From Phycisphaerales bacterium (GTDB lineage: Bacteria > Planctomycetota > Phycisphaerae > Phycisphaerales > UBA1924), in assembly GCA_965227775.1 (NCBI GenBank), contig OZ245777.1, forward strand, positions 2,176,001 to 2,240,000: 64,000 bases of DNA, written 5' to 3'. Within the stretch, counting starts at the first letter, position 1. Each line of letters opens with the position of its first letter. The notes beneath the pieces are model-generated. The model was given only the letters and a program-made list of their open reading frames with translations, searched no databases and was not told where the DNA came from. Shown here piece by piece: positions 27,602-37,102 of this stretch. The position numbers and the translations under genes were made by a program.

Positions 27602-27739
27602 TCCTCTGGCGGGCAAGATGATCCGAGGGCGGAGCGGGCCGGGCGAGTCGCTCTGGAAGGTCTGGACCGCTCGACGCGGCGACGAGGCGAACTAGAACAA
27701 TCTTCGCTGCTCGCCCTCAGGCCCTTACGTGCGAATACG

Positions 27740-28870
27740 TCAGGATCCCAGGCCACCTTGGGCCGCGATCCTCAGGCCGCGGGCTGCGATCTGGTGGTTG
27801 ACGCTCATGCGTTGGAGCTCCCATCCGTCGAGCGTTGCGTTGTTCAGGCCGCGGTCCTCGATCGCGTGTGCCAAGGCGATTGCGTCTGCGGCTGCTTTCG
27901 AGGCGCCAGCAGCCGTGTGCGGGCGGACGAGGAACGCGGAGTCGCCGAGCAGCAGCACACGATCATGAACCATCTTCGAAACGGCGAGGTCGAAGATGCA
28001 CTGTGCGAATGGTTCTGACGTTGCGGCTACGGCGCCGGCAAGTTGTGGAGGCAGGTCTTTCTCTGCCTTCTTGCGAAGCCAGCTGACCCACCGATGCGTC
28101 ATGTCGCCAGGCCCGATCGAAGCCCGATGCTGGCGTCCACGCCGATCGATGAGCAATGAGGACAGGTCGGACGCTGGCACGCCGACGTACCACACCCAAT
28201 TGAAGCGGCGATGCCCCTCGTCGAGTTCGCCCCGCTCTCCCGGAATCAAGTAGGACAAGATGTGGGAGTGCGGATAGTCAAAGAGCGTGAATGAGTCTCG
28301 AAGCTGGTCGAGCTGATCCGCAGACAGATCGGACTCCGGGACGAGCCCTCGAAACCCAACGTAGCCGGCGTACCACGGATGAGTATCCGGGTCGACGATG
28401 CCCCTGACCGTCGAACCGATCCCATCCGCTCCGACGACCAGATCGAAGCTCTCCTCGACTCCATCCTCGAACGCTGCGATCACCGCAGTGTCTGTCTGTC
28501 GGAGCGATGCCAACCGATGACCACTGTGCAGCCGCGCGGGATCCATGCTCTGGCGAAGCGCTCGGAGCACGGTATCCCAGCCGGTGTAGAACACGCCATC
28601 TCGTGCAGTCGCCTTGGTCGTTCCGTCCCGATTCAAGAACTGGCGCTTCTTGGTGGCGACCGCGACCGCCTCCGGTCTCGCGTATCCGAAGGCCTCCAGA
28701 TACTCGGCGAAGTCCGGTTGTACGACGATGCCGCCGCCGATACGGTCGTGCTGATCGCTTTGCTCGTACACGTGCACGTCCGCACCGATGCAACGCATCG
28801 CTAAGCCGGTGCACAGCCCGCCGTACGAACCGCCGATCACGGCCACTCGAAGACTGTCAGGCTTATCCAT
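27740..28870 (-). CDS. FAD-dependent monooxygenase (2,6-dihydroxypyridine hydroxylase-like)
   Basis: VAVIGGSYGG, VGADGIGSTVR, YAGYVGFRG, RFNWVWY, LLGDSAFLVRPHTAAGASKA. Confidence 0.9.
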   Translation of the reverse strand: MDKPDSLRVAVIGGSYGGLCTGLAMRCIGADVHVYEQSDQHDRIGGGIVVQPDFAEYLEAFGYARPEAVAVATKKRQFLNRDGTTKATARDGVFYTGWDTVLRALRQSMDPARLHSGHRLASLRQTDTAVIAAFEDGVEESFDLVVGADGIGSTVRGIVDPDTHPWYAGYVGFRGLVPESDLSADQLDQLRDSFTLFDYPHSHILSYLIPGERGELDEGHRRFNWVWYVGVPASDLSSLLIDRRGRQHRASIGPGDMTHRWVSWLRKKAEKDLPPQLAGAVAATSEPFAQCIFDLAVSKMVHDRVLLLGDSAFLVRPHTAAGASKAAADAIALAHAIEDRGLNNATLDGWELQRMSVNHQIAARGLRIAAQGGLGS

Positions 28871-28954
28871 GCGCTCCTCTTTAAAACTCTCGGCTTTCAG
28901 ATGCTCTTGGCTTAAACCGATGCGGCTGCAAAGAGGAACGATAGGTTGGTTCGG

Positions 28955-29662
28955 TCACTGGTCTTGCCAGCACAGCTTCTGCCAGACTGGTTCGAACACG
29001 ACATCCACACCTGAATCCGCGGGTTGACGCTGCGCGGTCCATCGGACCTCGGGCAGCGTGTACTGCTTCGGATCATCTAACGGCAGAAACGGTAGCTGGC
29101 AGGACAGCAGCGTCATGCCATGCTCCTCGGTGCTGAACGTGTGCACGACGCCGCGAGTGAAGGCAAACACGTCGCGCTCGCGAGCGGGTATGGTGCGGAC
29201 CGAACCACCCGTGAAGTCCTCGAGGGGCTCGTCGGAGACGTGGAAGTACCCTCGGCCTCCGAGCACGACGATGAACCGGTCTGAGTGCTCGTGGGTGTGC
29301 ATGGGCAGGTCCCGTGCACCAGGCTTCCAGTGCAGCTTGGCGAGGGCGTCGGTACGTGGTGGATGGATCAGATCGTCGCCGCGCCAGACGCCGCCACCCA
29401 CGTGGTCGCTGCCCTCGAACGGGAATCGGACCTCGACCGGATGATCGGCCTCCAGCCGGGCGATCAAGCTGGAGAACGAGACGCCACGCCCTGTGCCACG
29501 GACGCGGCCGAGGGCGGCGCAAGGGCTGGCTGAGCGTGACTGCAGGTTCTCCATGACTATGCCTGCGGCGTCCAGCAGGTCCTTGAGGACGATCGAACCT
29601 GAGGGCGGTTGGGGGCGGCTGGGCGAGACGGCAATGGGATCGAGTTCGAATACGGTGGACAT
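28955..29662 (-). CDS. Cupin-domain protein
   Basis: PMHTHEHSDRFIVVLGGRG and FTRGVVHTF cupin motifs; SD AGGAGGAG. Confidence 0.8.
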   Translation of the reverse strand: MSTVFELDPIAVSPSRPQPPSGSIVLKDLLDAAGIVMENLQSRSASPCAALGRVRGTGRGVSFSSLIARLEADHPVEVRFPFEGSDHVGGGVWRGDDLIHPPRTDALAKLHWKPGARDLPMHTHEHSDRFIVVLGGRGYFHVSDEPLEDFTGGSVRTIPARERDVFAFTRGVVHTFSTEEHGMTLLSCQLPFLPLDDPKQYTLPEVRWTAQRQPADSGVDVVFEPVWQKLCWQDQ

Positions 29663-29678
29663 GGCTCCTCCTAGATGT

Positions 29679-29719
29679 CACGAATAGTATGGTAACGATC
29701 AGTCGGTAGACTTCTAGTC
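29679..29719. promoter_or_regulatory. Three tandem C-box-like operators (15-bp period)
   Basis: ACG-aat-AGT (29680), ACG-atc-AGT (29695), ACT-tct-AGT (29710). The last is a perfect GACTnnnAGTC preceded by GGTA. Confidence 0.7.
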
Positions 29720-29742
29720 ACCTTTGTCCCACGCTGTTCGCC

Positions 29743-29982
29743 GTGGCCAAGGGCGGGTTTGTCATTGCGTTCGGGAAGATGGTGCGCGAGCGGCGTGAAG
29801 CGCTAGAGCTCTCCCAGGAGGAATTGGCGAGCCGCGCCGGGCTACACCGAACCGCGATCACCATGATCGAGCGTGCCAAGCGGTCTTCGACGCTCGAGAC
29901 CATCGAGAAGCTTGCCCAGGCCCTCCAGGTCCAGCCGTCCGAGCTGATACCGGAGATCGAGCTGCGACGCCGTCGTCGCTAG
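29743..29982 (+). CDS. Controller (C)-protein-like XRE regulator
   Basis: 79 aa; FGKMVRERREALELSQEELASRAGLHRTAITMIERAKRSSTLETIEKLAQAL; C-box-like sites upstream. Confidence 0.85.
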   Translation: MAKGGFVIAFGKMVRERREALELSQEELASRAGLHRTAITMIERAKRSSTLETIEKLAQALQVQPSELIPEIELRRRRR

Positions 29983-30021
29983 CTCTTTACGAGCCCGCCC
30001 GGGTGTGATACACCGGAGCGG

Positions 30022-30612
30022 ATGGCAGCCCGATCCAATCTCGACAAGCGCGACCGTACCGATGTCCTCTTGGAGGAGTACCGGGCCCTCTACACGCTCG
30101 CCCAGTTCCGCATGGCCGCCCTGGACCGCCGGGTGCCGGTGGCCGGCACCGCGCTGGCTATGTCACTCGGTGGCGCGTTCGTCGCACCGATGGCTGTTCA
30201 GGCTACTGTGCTGATCGTCCTGCCGATCGCCGTGCTCTGGCTGGTCCGCACCACGATCAACCATGCCCGGTCGTTCGAGGACGCCTTACGGCGAATCGAA
30301 CAGATCGAGCGGCACGTGAACCAGATCGCAGGCGAGACTCTGCTCGCCTTCCAGTCGTCGCATCCGAGCCGAGGTGAAACGGTGGGGGGGCGAACCGGAC
30401 GAGAGTCCGTGCTCGCCGTCGCACTGGCCGCGACGGGTTCACTGGTCGCATGCATTGCCTTGGCGGTACTGCTCCGGCACGATGTCGTTGTCGTGCAACT
30501 CCTCTACCTGCTGGTACCGGTTGGCGTGTCGGGCCTCATTGCCCGCGAGCTGCATCGTCTTGAGCGTTACCGCTACCGGGCACGCCATGCTAATCCCGGA
30601 GAGACCGGTTAG
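30022..30612 (+). CDS. Membrane protein (about 4 TM helices), function unknown
   Basis: LLEEYRAL helix, TM pair, RIEQIE helix, TM pair. Confidence 0.7.
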   Translation: MAARSNLDKRDRTDVLLEEYRALYTLAQFRMAALDRRVPVAGTALAMSLGGAFVAPMAVQATVLIVLPIAVLWLVRTTINHARSFEDALRRIEQIERHVNQIAGETLLAFQSSHPSRGETVGGRTGRESVLAVALAATGSLVACIALAVLLRHDVVVVQLLYLLVPVGVSGLIARELHRLERYRYRARHANPGETG

Positions 30613-31739
30613 CGACTCCCCCGATCCTCCGCCATCCGGATCATTGCTGCCTCGCTCTCGGCGTCGTGCAGGTGGTAGTAGAGGTCGAGGACGCTGCTGG
30701 AGCTGTGGCCCATCCAGGCCAGTGCCAGGCGGTAGGGGATCGCAGAATTCGCGCACATGCTGGCGAAGTGGTGGCGGAGCGAGTGGGTCTTGTAGTTGCG
30801 CCCGAATCCGAGCTCGCCGCACAGCCGCTTGATCTGGGCGAGGAGCGTCCGGGCCCTGAGCTCCGGCAGCACGAGGTCATCGACCCTCGGCAGTTCGTCG
30901 AGCACTCCCCGGATCTGCGGATGCACAGGGACGAACCGCGCCTCGCGGTCCTTCGTCACTCCAGCCGAGCCACCACGATGTACGTGGATCATGCCGAGCT
31001 CGCCCATGTCCAGGTGCACGTCGGCCCATTGCAGCTGCTCGAGCTCGCCGACGCGCAGCCCGGTGTAGGCCAGGATCGCGATGGCGGCACACGGTAGGCC
31101 TTCCGCCCGCTCCAGCATCGTCTCGACCTGTTGGGTTGTAAAGCACGGCTGCGACCTCGGCTTGGCGGTGGGTAGTCGGGTGCTGGCCAGAGATGTCGTC
31201 GGGGCGAGGCGTTGTCGCCAGGCCCACTTGAACATCTGCTTGCAGACCGTCAGCGTCGTGTAGTTGGACTTGGGCGCGTAGCCCGTGCCCTGCTTGTGGA
31301 CCTGCTCGCGGAGCCACGCCCCGAAGCGGGCGTAGGCCGCCTCGTCGAAGCGGTCGGCACGAGTAAGGCCAGTCTCCTTGCAGAACCGCCGCAGCTTGTC
31401 GAGGTCGGCGGCGTACTTGGCGAGCGTCTTGGGTGCCAGGTCGCGATCTCGGTTGAAGGCCTCGTAACGGTCGATGAGCTGATCGATGGTCGCACGGGCT
31501 GGCGGTGTCCGCTGCTCTCCGGCGTCCAGACGCTGCTGGATCTCGATAGCCCGGCGCCGGGCCTCGCGCTTGTTGGGCGTGCCCAGGCCCTGGAAGCGGC
31601 GCCTGCCCGCCTCGACGTACTCGGCCGAGTAGGACTGCGAGACGCGCTGCTCTCGTCCCAGCTCGGTCTTGCGGTACTGGACCTTGCGGCCGATGGTCAC
31701 GGTAGTACCATCGACCACCTCGCGATCGACGAACTTCAT
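30609..31739 (-). CDS. Tyrosine recombinase / integrase
   Basis: YTGLRVGE, TKDREARFVP, HSLRHHF, WMGH, LYYH; SAM-like LAPKTLAKY. Confidence 0.95.
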   Translation of the reverse strand: MKFVDREVVDGTTVTIGRKVQYRKTELGREQRVSQSYSAEYVEAGRRRFQGLGTPNKREARRRAIEIQQRLDAGEQRTPPARATIDQLIDRYEAFNRDRDLAPKTLAKYAADLDKLRRFCKETGLTRADRFDEAAYARFGAWLREQVHKQGTGYAPKSNYTTLTVCKQMFKWAWRQRLAPTTSLASTRLPTAKPRSQPCFTTQQVETMLERAEGLPCAAIAILAYTGLRVGELEQLQWADVHLDMGELGMIHVHRGGSAGVTKDREARFVPVHPQIRGVLDELPRVDDLVLPELRARTLLAQIKRLCGELGFGRNYKTHSLRHHFASMCANSAIPYRLALAWMGHSSSSVLDLYYHLHDAESEAAMIRMAEDRGSR

Positions 31740-31836
31740 GGCGTGTCCGTTGTGGGTGGTTTGAGCGTGTGTTCAAGGATGACCGAGCGTGCCATCGATG
31801 AAGCGGGCCGTGAAGGCAGCGTCGCCAGTGGAACGA

Positions 31837-32088
31837 TCAGCCTCGGAAGTACTCGCGGATGAGCCTGTCCCGCCAGAACCGCAGCGGCTTGCCGCGCCTG
31901 ACCGAGCCTTTCAGATCGCCGCGGCTGACCATGTGGTACACGGTGGACTTGCTGATGCGTAGCAGCCTGGCGGCCTCGTCGGGCGTCAGGATCGGCGGGA
32001 AACGATCGGCATCGACGGCCGATTCGATCTCGTCGCGACCGATCTGCCGGCGACGCACGCGTCTGTTGTCTTGTGGAGTCTCGCTCAT
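31837..32088 (-). CDS. Excisionase (HTH_17-like)
   Basis: FPPILTPDEAARLLRISKSTVYHMVSRG..GKPLRFWRD, upstream of the integrase. Confidence 0.85.
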   Translation of the reverse strand: MSETPQDNRRVRRRQIGRDEIESAVDADRFPPILTPDEAARLLRISKSTVYHMVSRGDLKGSVRRGKPLRFWRDRLIREYFRG

Positions 32089-32090
32089 AG

Positions 32091-32876
32091 TCACCACCGG
32101 AGGATCTTCACCGACACCTTGTCGCGTTCGGCATTGGCCGGGATCATCGCGACACCCTCCGCCTCACGTTGCTGGGCGGCCGCCCGCTCTCCGGCCATCG
32201 TGTCGGCGATCGACTGCTGCTCGAGCTCTCGGTCGGTGAGCTGCATGATCTCGAGCCGTGTCCGCGCAAGGATCAGCCCCGCGTCGGCGACCATGCACAA
32301 GGCGACGAGGATCAGCACGCTGCTGATTGGCCAGAGGCCGTAGGGGGCCGGCAGCATGGTCCGTTCGACGATTAATGCGACCATCGCAACCACAAGGACG
32401 AGGGCCGGTTCGCCGATCAGAGTCGCGGCCAGCCCCGGATTGCTGGTCCGTCCGAACAGACGCTGCCAGACCGGGGACAGCAGGGCATGCGGCCATCCGA
32501 GGTCCTGCGAGTGGACGGGGCGCTTCGATCCCCGAAAGAACCGGACGATCGCAATGATCGCCTGGCACGCGATCGAGATGAAGACGAGGTTCTGGAAGAT
32601 GGCCAGCGGCCCTGACCACTGCGTTTCGCGATACAGGGAGCACGCGAAGCTGAGGATGACCAACGCCAGCGGGTACCGCCAAAGCGCGACGGCGATGCCC
32701 ACTCGCCATCGCATCAGACAGAGCGCCCAGGCCCCAGCGGACGCCGTGCCTAGCCGAAGGAGCGACACGATACCCTGCCCGAACATGAACACGGCCTTGC
32801 CGGCCGAGTTGAGGGCCTGCGTGTTGGCCTGGATCTCCTTCAGCGATCCCATCACGCTGAATTCCTGGTCCTGCAT
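32091..32876 (-). CDS. Multi-pass membrane protein
   Basis: 4-5 hydrophobic segments and a coiled C-tail; SD CAGGAG; lies between T4CP and xis. Confidence 0.75.
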   Translation of the reverse strand: MQDQEFSVMGSLKEIQANTQALNSAGKAVFMFGQGIVSLLRLGTASAGAWALCLMRWRVGIAVALWRYPLALVILSFACSLYRETQWSGPLAIFQNLVFISIACQAIIAIVRFFRGSKRPVHSQDLGWPHALLSPVWQRLFGRTSNPGLAATLIGEPALVLVVAMVALIVERTMLPAPYGLWPISSVLILVALCMVADAGLILARTRLEIMQLTDRELEQQSIADTMAGERAAAQQREAEGVAMIPANAERDKVSVKILRW

Positions 32877-32927
32877 CGATTGACTCCTGGAGTTGGTGTA
32901 ATGAGACCTTGAGATTCGTGCGGCCGG

Positions 32928-34403
32928 CTACGGCCGGTACTGACTGAAGGCGACCTTGATCGATGGGCGGCCGGTGGCCTGCCACGTCCGACCCGAGACC
33001 GAGCAGAATGCCTCGGTATGCCAGCGGGTTGCCGGTCCGCCGCGAGCAAGCCGGAGCAGATCGATGGCCGGCACGTCGTCGTGCAGGTCGAGCGAGAAGT
33101 TGGCGTTGCGTCCGCCGGACGCGCTGCCCGGGCTCGCGCTGCCACCTTCGCGTTCGGACGTTCCATGGCTGACTCGGGCCTGCCAGGATTTGGCGAACAC
33201 CTCGCCGGCGTAGCGCAGCGTCTCGGGATCCGAGGTTGCGCCGAAGAACTTGACCGCCGGCAGGCCCAGGATCGCCTCGGCCGCGGCACGTGGATCCGAA
33301 CCACCCGAGCACGCGGCGCGGATGTTGCCCACGCACTGGGTCGCCAGCACCATGCAGCCCATGCGATCGCGTGCCGTCCGCATGAACGCCGGGTCGTCTT
33401 CTGGGTCAAGAAACTCCTGGAACTCGTCGGCGATGAGCACCATGGGTCGGGAAGCGCCGTCCATCGATCGCCGCAGGATGGCCCGTTGGATTGCGGTGAG
33501 CCAGATGCGTTGGATCGTGGCCCCAACGGCTCCAAAGACCTGCAAGGGCGCATCGAAGATGAGCACCGGCGATCGAGAGAAGCACTCATGCGGTCGCCAC
33601 GTGTCTGGCGCGCCGCACAGCGCCTCGCCGATGGGACCGCGGATAAGTGGATCGAGGGCCGACGAGATCGTCGCGACCGTCGACGCCCGCGTGCGATCGG
33701 GCGTGGTCGGAACGGTCCAGAGGAGAAACTGCGCCGCCGTCTCGAGATCGGCGTGTTCGATCGTCGAGAGCGTCCGGTCCTGCGCCGCCTCCAAGGCCCG
33801 AAACGCCGGACAACGCTCCTGCCAGGTCGGGTCGCCGACTTCGTCCTCGCTCGTCGGGAGTGTCTGGAGCGTTTCGTAAATCAGCCGATAGCTGAGCGGC
33901 AACTCGGCGATCACGAAGATCGTGACAAGGTGCCGCACATACCGCTCGGCGTCGGCCCGCCAGAAGCCATCGACTCCGGATCCGCCGGCGCCGCTCTGGC
34001 GTCGCAGCGGCAGCGTGACCAGGCGTGTGATGTCCTCGACGAGGCCGCCCCCGGCGTCGCTGCGGAACTGCTCGTACGCGAGCGGGTTGAACCGGTCCTG
34101 ACCGATGGCGACCCGCCGGACCGGCCGGCCCCAGCTCTGGGCGAGGGCCGTCCAATACGCCGGATCGCTCGGTTTGACCGAGACATGCACCAGCGAGCAC
34201 CCCAGCGCGTGAATCGAGCCCACCAGGTGGGCCAGCACGCCCGAGGTCTTGCCCGAGCCGCTATCACCCATCACCAACACACCCCCGCCCAAGATGTCGC
34301 GCACACTCAGTCCGTCTTTGCGGCGGTTGAAGGAGAGCATGGGTTGGTCGAGGTCGAAGCCGGGGCGTGGGGGCTCGGCTTTCTGGTGCCTACGCCAACG
34401 CAT
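32928..34403 (-). CDS. Type IV coupling protein-like ATPase (VirD4/TraD family) without N-terminal TM helices
   Basis: Walker A GDSGSGKTS, RFNPL, DGFW, Walker B LIADEFQ, TARD..VLATQ. Confidence 0.85.
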   Translation of the reverse strand: MRWRRHQKAEPPRPGFDLDQPMLSFNRRKDGLSVRDILGGGVLVMGDSGSGKTSGVLAHLVGSIHALGCSLVHVSVKPSDPAYWTALAQSWGRPVRRVAIGQDRFNPLAYEQFRSDAGGGLVEDITRLVTLPLRRQSGAGGSGVDGFWRADAERYVRHLVTIFVIAELPLSYRLIYETLQTLPTSEDEVGDPTWQERCPAFRALEAAQDRTLSTIEHADLETAAQFLLWTVPTTPDRTRASTVATISSALDPLIRGPIGEALCGAPDTWRPHECFSRSPVLIFDAPLQVFGAVGATIQRIWLTAIQRAILRRSMDGASRPMVLIADEFQEFLDPEDDPAFMRTARDRMGCMVLATQCVGNIRAACSGGSDPRAAAEAILGLPAVKFFGATSDPETLRYAGEVFAKSWQARVSHGTSEREGGSASPGSASGGRNANFSLDLHDDVPAIDLLRLARGGPATRWHTEAFCSVSGRTWQATGRPSIKVAFSQYRP

Positions 34404-34694
34404 GCGTGGGTCCCCCTGTGGCCCGGAGGGAGAACAGGAGATGGCCCGGCCGGGTGGGGGCACACCTGGCCGGGCCCCTGTAGGGCATCTGAAGCTGTGG
34501 AAGTTCGCAGGCCCGGGGCTGGAGCGACCGGATCGGGAGGCAACCCAAGGGAACCGGGCGCAGATCCAGAGCATCGTGTGGGATTGTCCTTGGTCTCAGC
34601 TTGTCCATGCTCGTCGTGCTCCTGGGGCTGTTGGGGCGAAGTGCGGGCGAACCAACTCGTGCGATGACGATCTTCGCGTGGCACTCGCCCCCGC

Positions 34695-34727
34695 AACCGG
34701 ACAGGAATGGGACAAGAACCGGACAAT
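34695..34727. promoter_or_regulatory. Three 11-bp direct repeats with a GGACA core
   Basis: AACCGGACAGG / AATGGGACAAG / AACCGGACAAT, contiguous, in a divergent intergenic region. Confidence 0.6.
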
Positions 34728-34742
34728 CGAGTGGCGAGACCC

Positions 34743-37031
34743 ATGCTCACGCGACCGGTACCCAACGGGGCTCGGTCGCGCGATGCGGCGATCGAGCCGA
34801 CGGCGAGCTATCCAGTCGATCCGGCACGGCTCAGGCACCTGCGCGGTCCACGCACGATGGCCGAGCTGGTCGCCGGCATCGCGGGCTTCTCCAGCGAGAA
34901 GTACCGCAAGATCGAGGCGGGCAAAACCCGGTCCATGGTCGGCACGGAGCTGCTCGCGCTTGCCCGCAAGCTCCGCGTGCCTGCCACGGCACTGCTCTCG
35001 CCGGACCATCCCGATCGCACCCCGATCTCCGGCAACGCCAAGCCGAGCGCGGCGCCGCCACCGCTAACGAGCGGTCAGTCGCGTGGAGCGGATCGAGTGA
35101 TCGATGGTCTGGCCGAAGGGGCCCGGGTCCAGACGCTGATCGGGCCACGCGGCGTGGGCAAGTCGACCCTGGCGATGCACGTGTTCGCCCGGTTGCACGG
35201 CCACCTTGGCACGCTGGTGCGATTCGTTCCCCTGCTCGATCAGTGCCAACCCTGGGAGCTCTGGCAAGCACTCGGGGCCGTCCAGAATGCCGATCCGGGC
35301 AGGACGCGGGCGGACCTGCTTGATCACATCCGCGACGACGTCCAGGTGCTGGTGCTCGACGTCGATGGCGTCCCGAGCACCCCGGCGATGGAGCAGATCG
35401 AGACGATTCTGGAGCAATGCGGCCATCTGAAGCTGATCGCGTTCGCCGAACGGCCCGTGGGACCGATCGGAGGGATCGTCGAGTCGATCGAGCCGGTCCG
35501 GTTCGATGCGGCATCGATCCAGGGTGCCGAAGACCTGGGTGCGAGCGATGCGTGGCAGCTCGTCGTCGACGAGTTGCCTCGGGAACGAGCCATGGCCCTC
35601 CTGTCGGGCACGCACTTGGTCCAGCTCATCACCGTGCTTGGAATGGGTGATGGCACGCCCCGGTGGTTCGTCGCCCTGGGCCGCGAGCTATGCGACCGGG
35701 ATCCGGGGGATCTGCTCGGACGCCTCCGCATGCACCAGCTGTCGTTCTCCGCCGACGAGGACAAAACCTGGGAGGGGCGTGTGCATCGCGCTGCCCAACT
35801 GCTCGCCCCGGACCACCTCGCGTGGCTGGCCATCCTGCCACAGCGGTTCGCGCTCGAAGACGTGTCCGGCCTGGGCGGCCTCACAAGCGCCGAGATCGAA
35901 CGGGTGCTCGAGGTCGCCGTCGATCACTGGATGATCGACCGGGTCGAAGAGCGATTCGTGATCACGCGAAGAGCCCAGCGGGCCTGCGTGCACCGTGACC
36001 TGGCGGCATACGTGTGCATGGTCGATGCGCTCATCGCGCGGCTGCCGCGCGTCGATAATCACGAGGCTCTCGCAGGCTTCGACGTGCACGACCACATGAC
36101 CGCCTTGCATCTAGCCGTGGAGCACGCGAGCAGCCGGCAGCTGCCCGAGCTCGCGACGAGGGTCATTGAGTTGCTCGTGCCGGCGTGCCTGCAGCCGACC
36201 CGCTGGCAGGACGTCAGCGCGATGGCCGCCACGCTAGAGCGGCGCCTCGCGGGCGTCGAGGAAATCTCGAGCGTCCCCCTCGCCCGGTGGGCCGCTACCG
36301 GCGCCCTGGTCACCGGCGAGCTTGATGCGGCGAAGTACTGGACCGATCGGTGCCTGACGCTGGCGACCAAGCAGGTGCACCGGGCTGCGGGCCTGAATCT
36401 CCGGGCCGCGTGTCGGCTCGGCGGTCCGTCGCTTACGAGACCGGTGCTGGAAGCAGCTCTTGAGGACTGGAGCGAAGCGAGGCGGCTCTACCAAGAGGTC
36501 GAAGATACGATCAGCGTCCAGAGCATGGATGCGAATATCGCCCATGTTCATGAGTCGCTCGGCGACCTTGTTCGTGCTCTCACGGCTACCAATGAGTGGT
36601 CGAAGATCGAGGGTGTGCTGCGAGTCCAAATGGGCACCGTGCGGGCCCGCGTCTTGCTACGCATGGGCCGATCGCACGATGCCCTGCGTGTCATCGAAGC
36701 GATCCGCGACGACGAGGCTCTCCTCAATCCGTTCTGCTCCATCGCCTTTTGCATCGTGCTCGCGTTTGCAGCACTTGATCGTGATGGGATTGCGATCCCC
36801 GGGTCCCGGCTGGAGGATCCGTCCACGCTCACGTCGATTCACGATTGCGCAATGGCGAACGAAGCACTCGCACACTCAAAGCTCATCGCGAAACTCGACG
36901 GCCTGGATCCTGGGATACTCGATCGCACAGACTGGGCGTGGATCGAGTCGGTTGTTGGCCCGGCAAAGCCCGAGAATTTCCATGGGCTCGCGCACATCAA
37001 AGGTGTCGCCGAGCAGGTTGTTACGGCGTAG
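34743..37031 (+). CDS. XRE-HTH + STAND/NB-ARC-like ATPase + TPR-like helical regulator
   Basis: HTH-like RLRHLRG..SEKYRKIEAG..LARKLRVP; Walker A GPRGVGKST; Walker B VLVLD; helical C-terminus. Start may instead be 34707. Confidence 0.75.
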   Translation: MLTRPVPNGARSRDAAIEPTASYPVDPARLRHLRGPRTMAELVAGIAGFSSEKYRKIEAGKTRSMVGTELLALARKLRVPATALLSPDHPDRTPISGNAKPSAAPPPLTSGQSRGADRVIDGLAEGARVQTLIGPRGVGKSTLAMHVFARLHGHLGTLVRFVPLLDQCQPWELWQALGAVQNADPGRTRADLLDHIRDDVQVLVLDVDGVPSTPAMEQIETILEQCGHLKLIAFAERPVGPIGGIVESIEPVRFDAASIQGAEDLGASDAWQLVVDELPRERAMALLSGTHLVQLITVLGMGDGTPRWFVALGRELCDRDPGDLLGRLRMHQLSFSADEDKTWEGRVHRAAQLLAPDHLAWLAILPQRFALEDVSGLGGLTSAEIERVLEVAVDHWMIDRVEERFVITRRAQRACVHRDLAAYVCMVDALIARLPRVDNHEALAGFDVHDHMTALHLAVEHASSRQLPELATRVIELLVPACLQPTRWQDVSAMAATLERRLAGVEEISSVPLARWAATGALVTGELDAAKYWTDRCLTLATKQVHRAAGLNLRAACRLGGPSLTRPVLEAALEDWSEARRLYQEVEDTISVQSMDANIAHVHESLGDLVRALTATNEWSKIEGVLRVQMGTVRARVLLRMGRSHDALRVIEAIRDDEALLNPFCSIAFCIVLAFAALDRDGIAIPGSRLEDPSTLTSIHDCAMANEALAHSKLIAKLDGLDPGILDRTDWAWIESVVGPAKPENFHGLAHIKGVAEQVVTA

Positions 37032-37102
37032 GCCTGAGTGCACGGTCGTGCGGCGGTCCAGTCGCCAACACTTTGGCGTGGTGAGCTGCTGACCAGCAGT
37101 GA

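Noticed and set aside
29679..30612. Type II restriction-modification system
   Set aside because: No methyltransferase or nuclease motifs in the adjacent genes.
33018..34667. Long alternative-frame or antisense ORFs (also 15243-16649, 46309-48171, 53009-54307, 4182-5432)
   Set aside because: Shadows of well-supported genes in high-GC DNA, without recognisable motifs.
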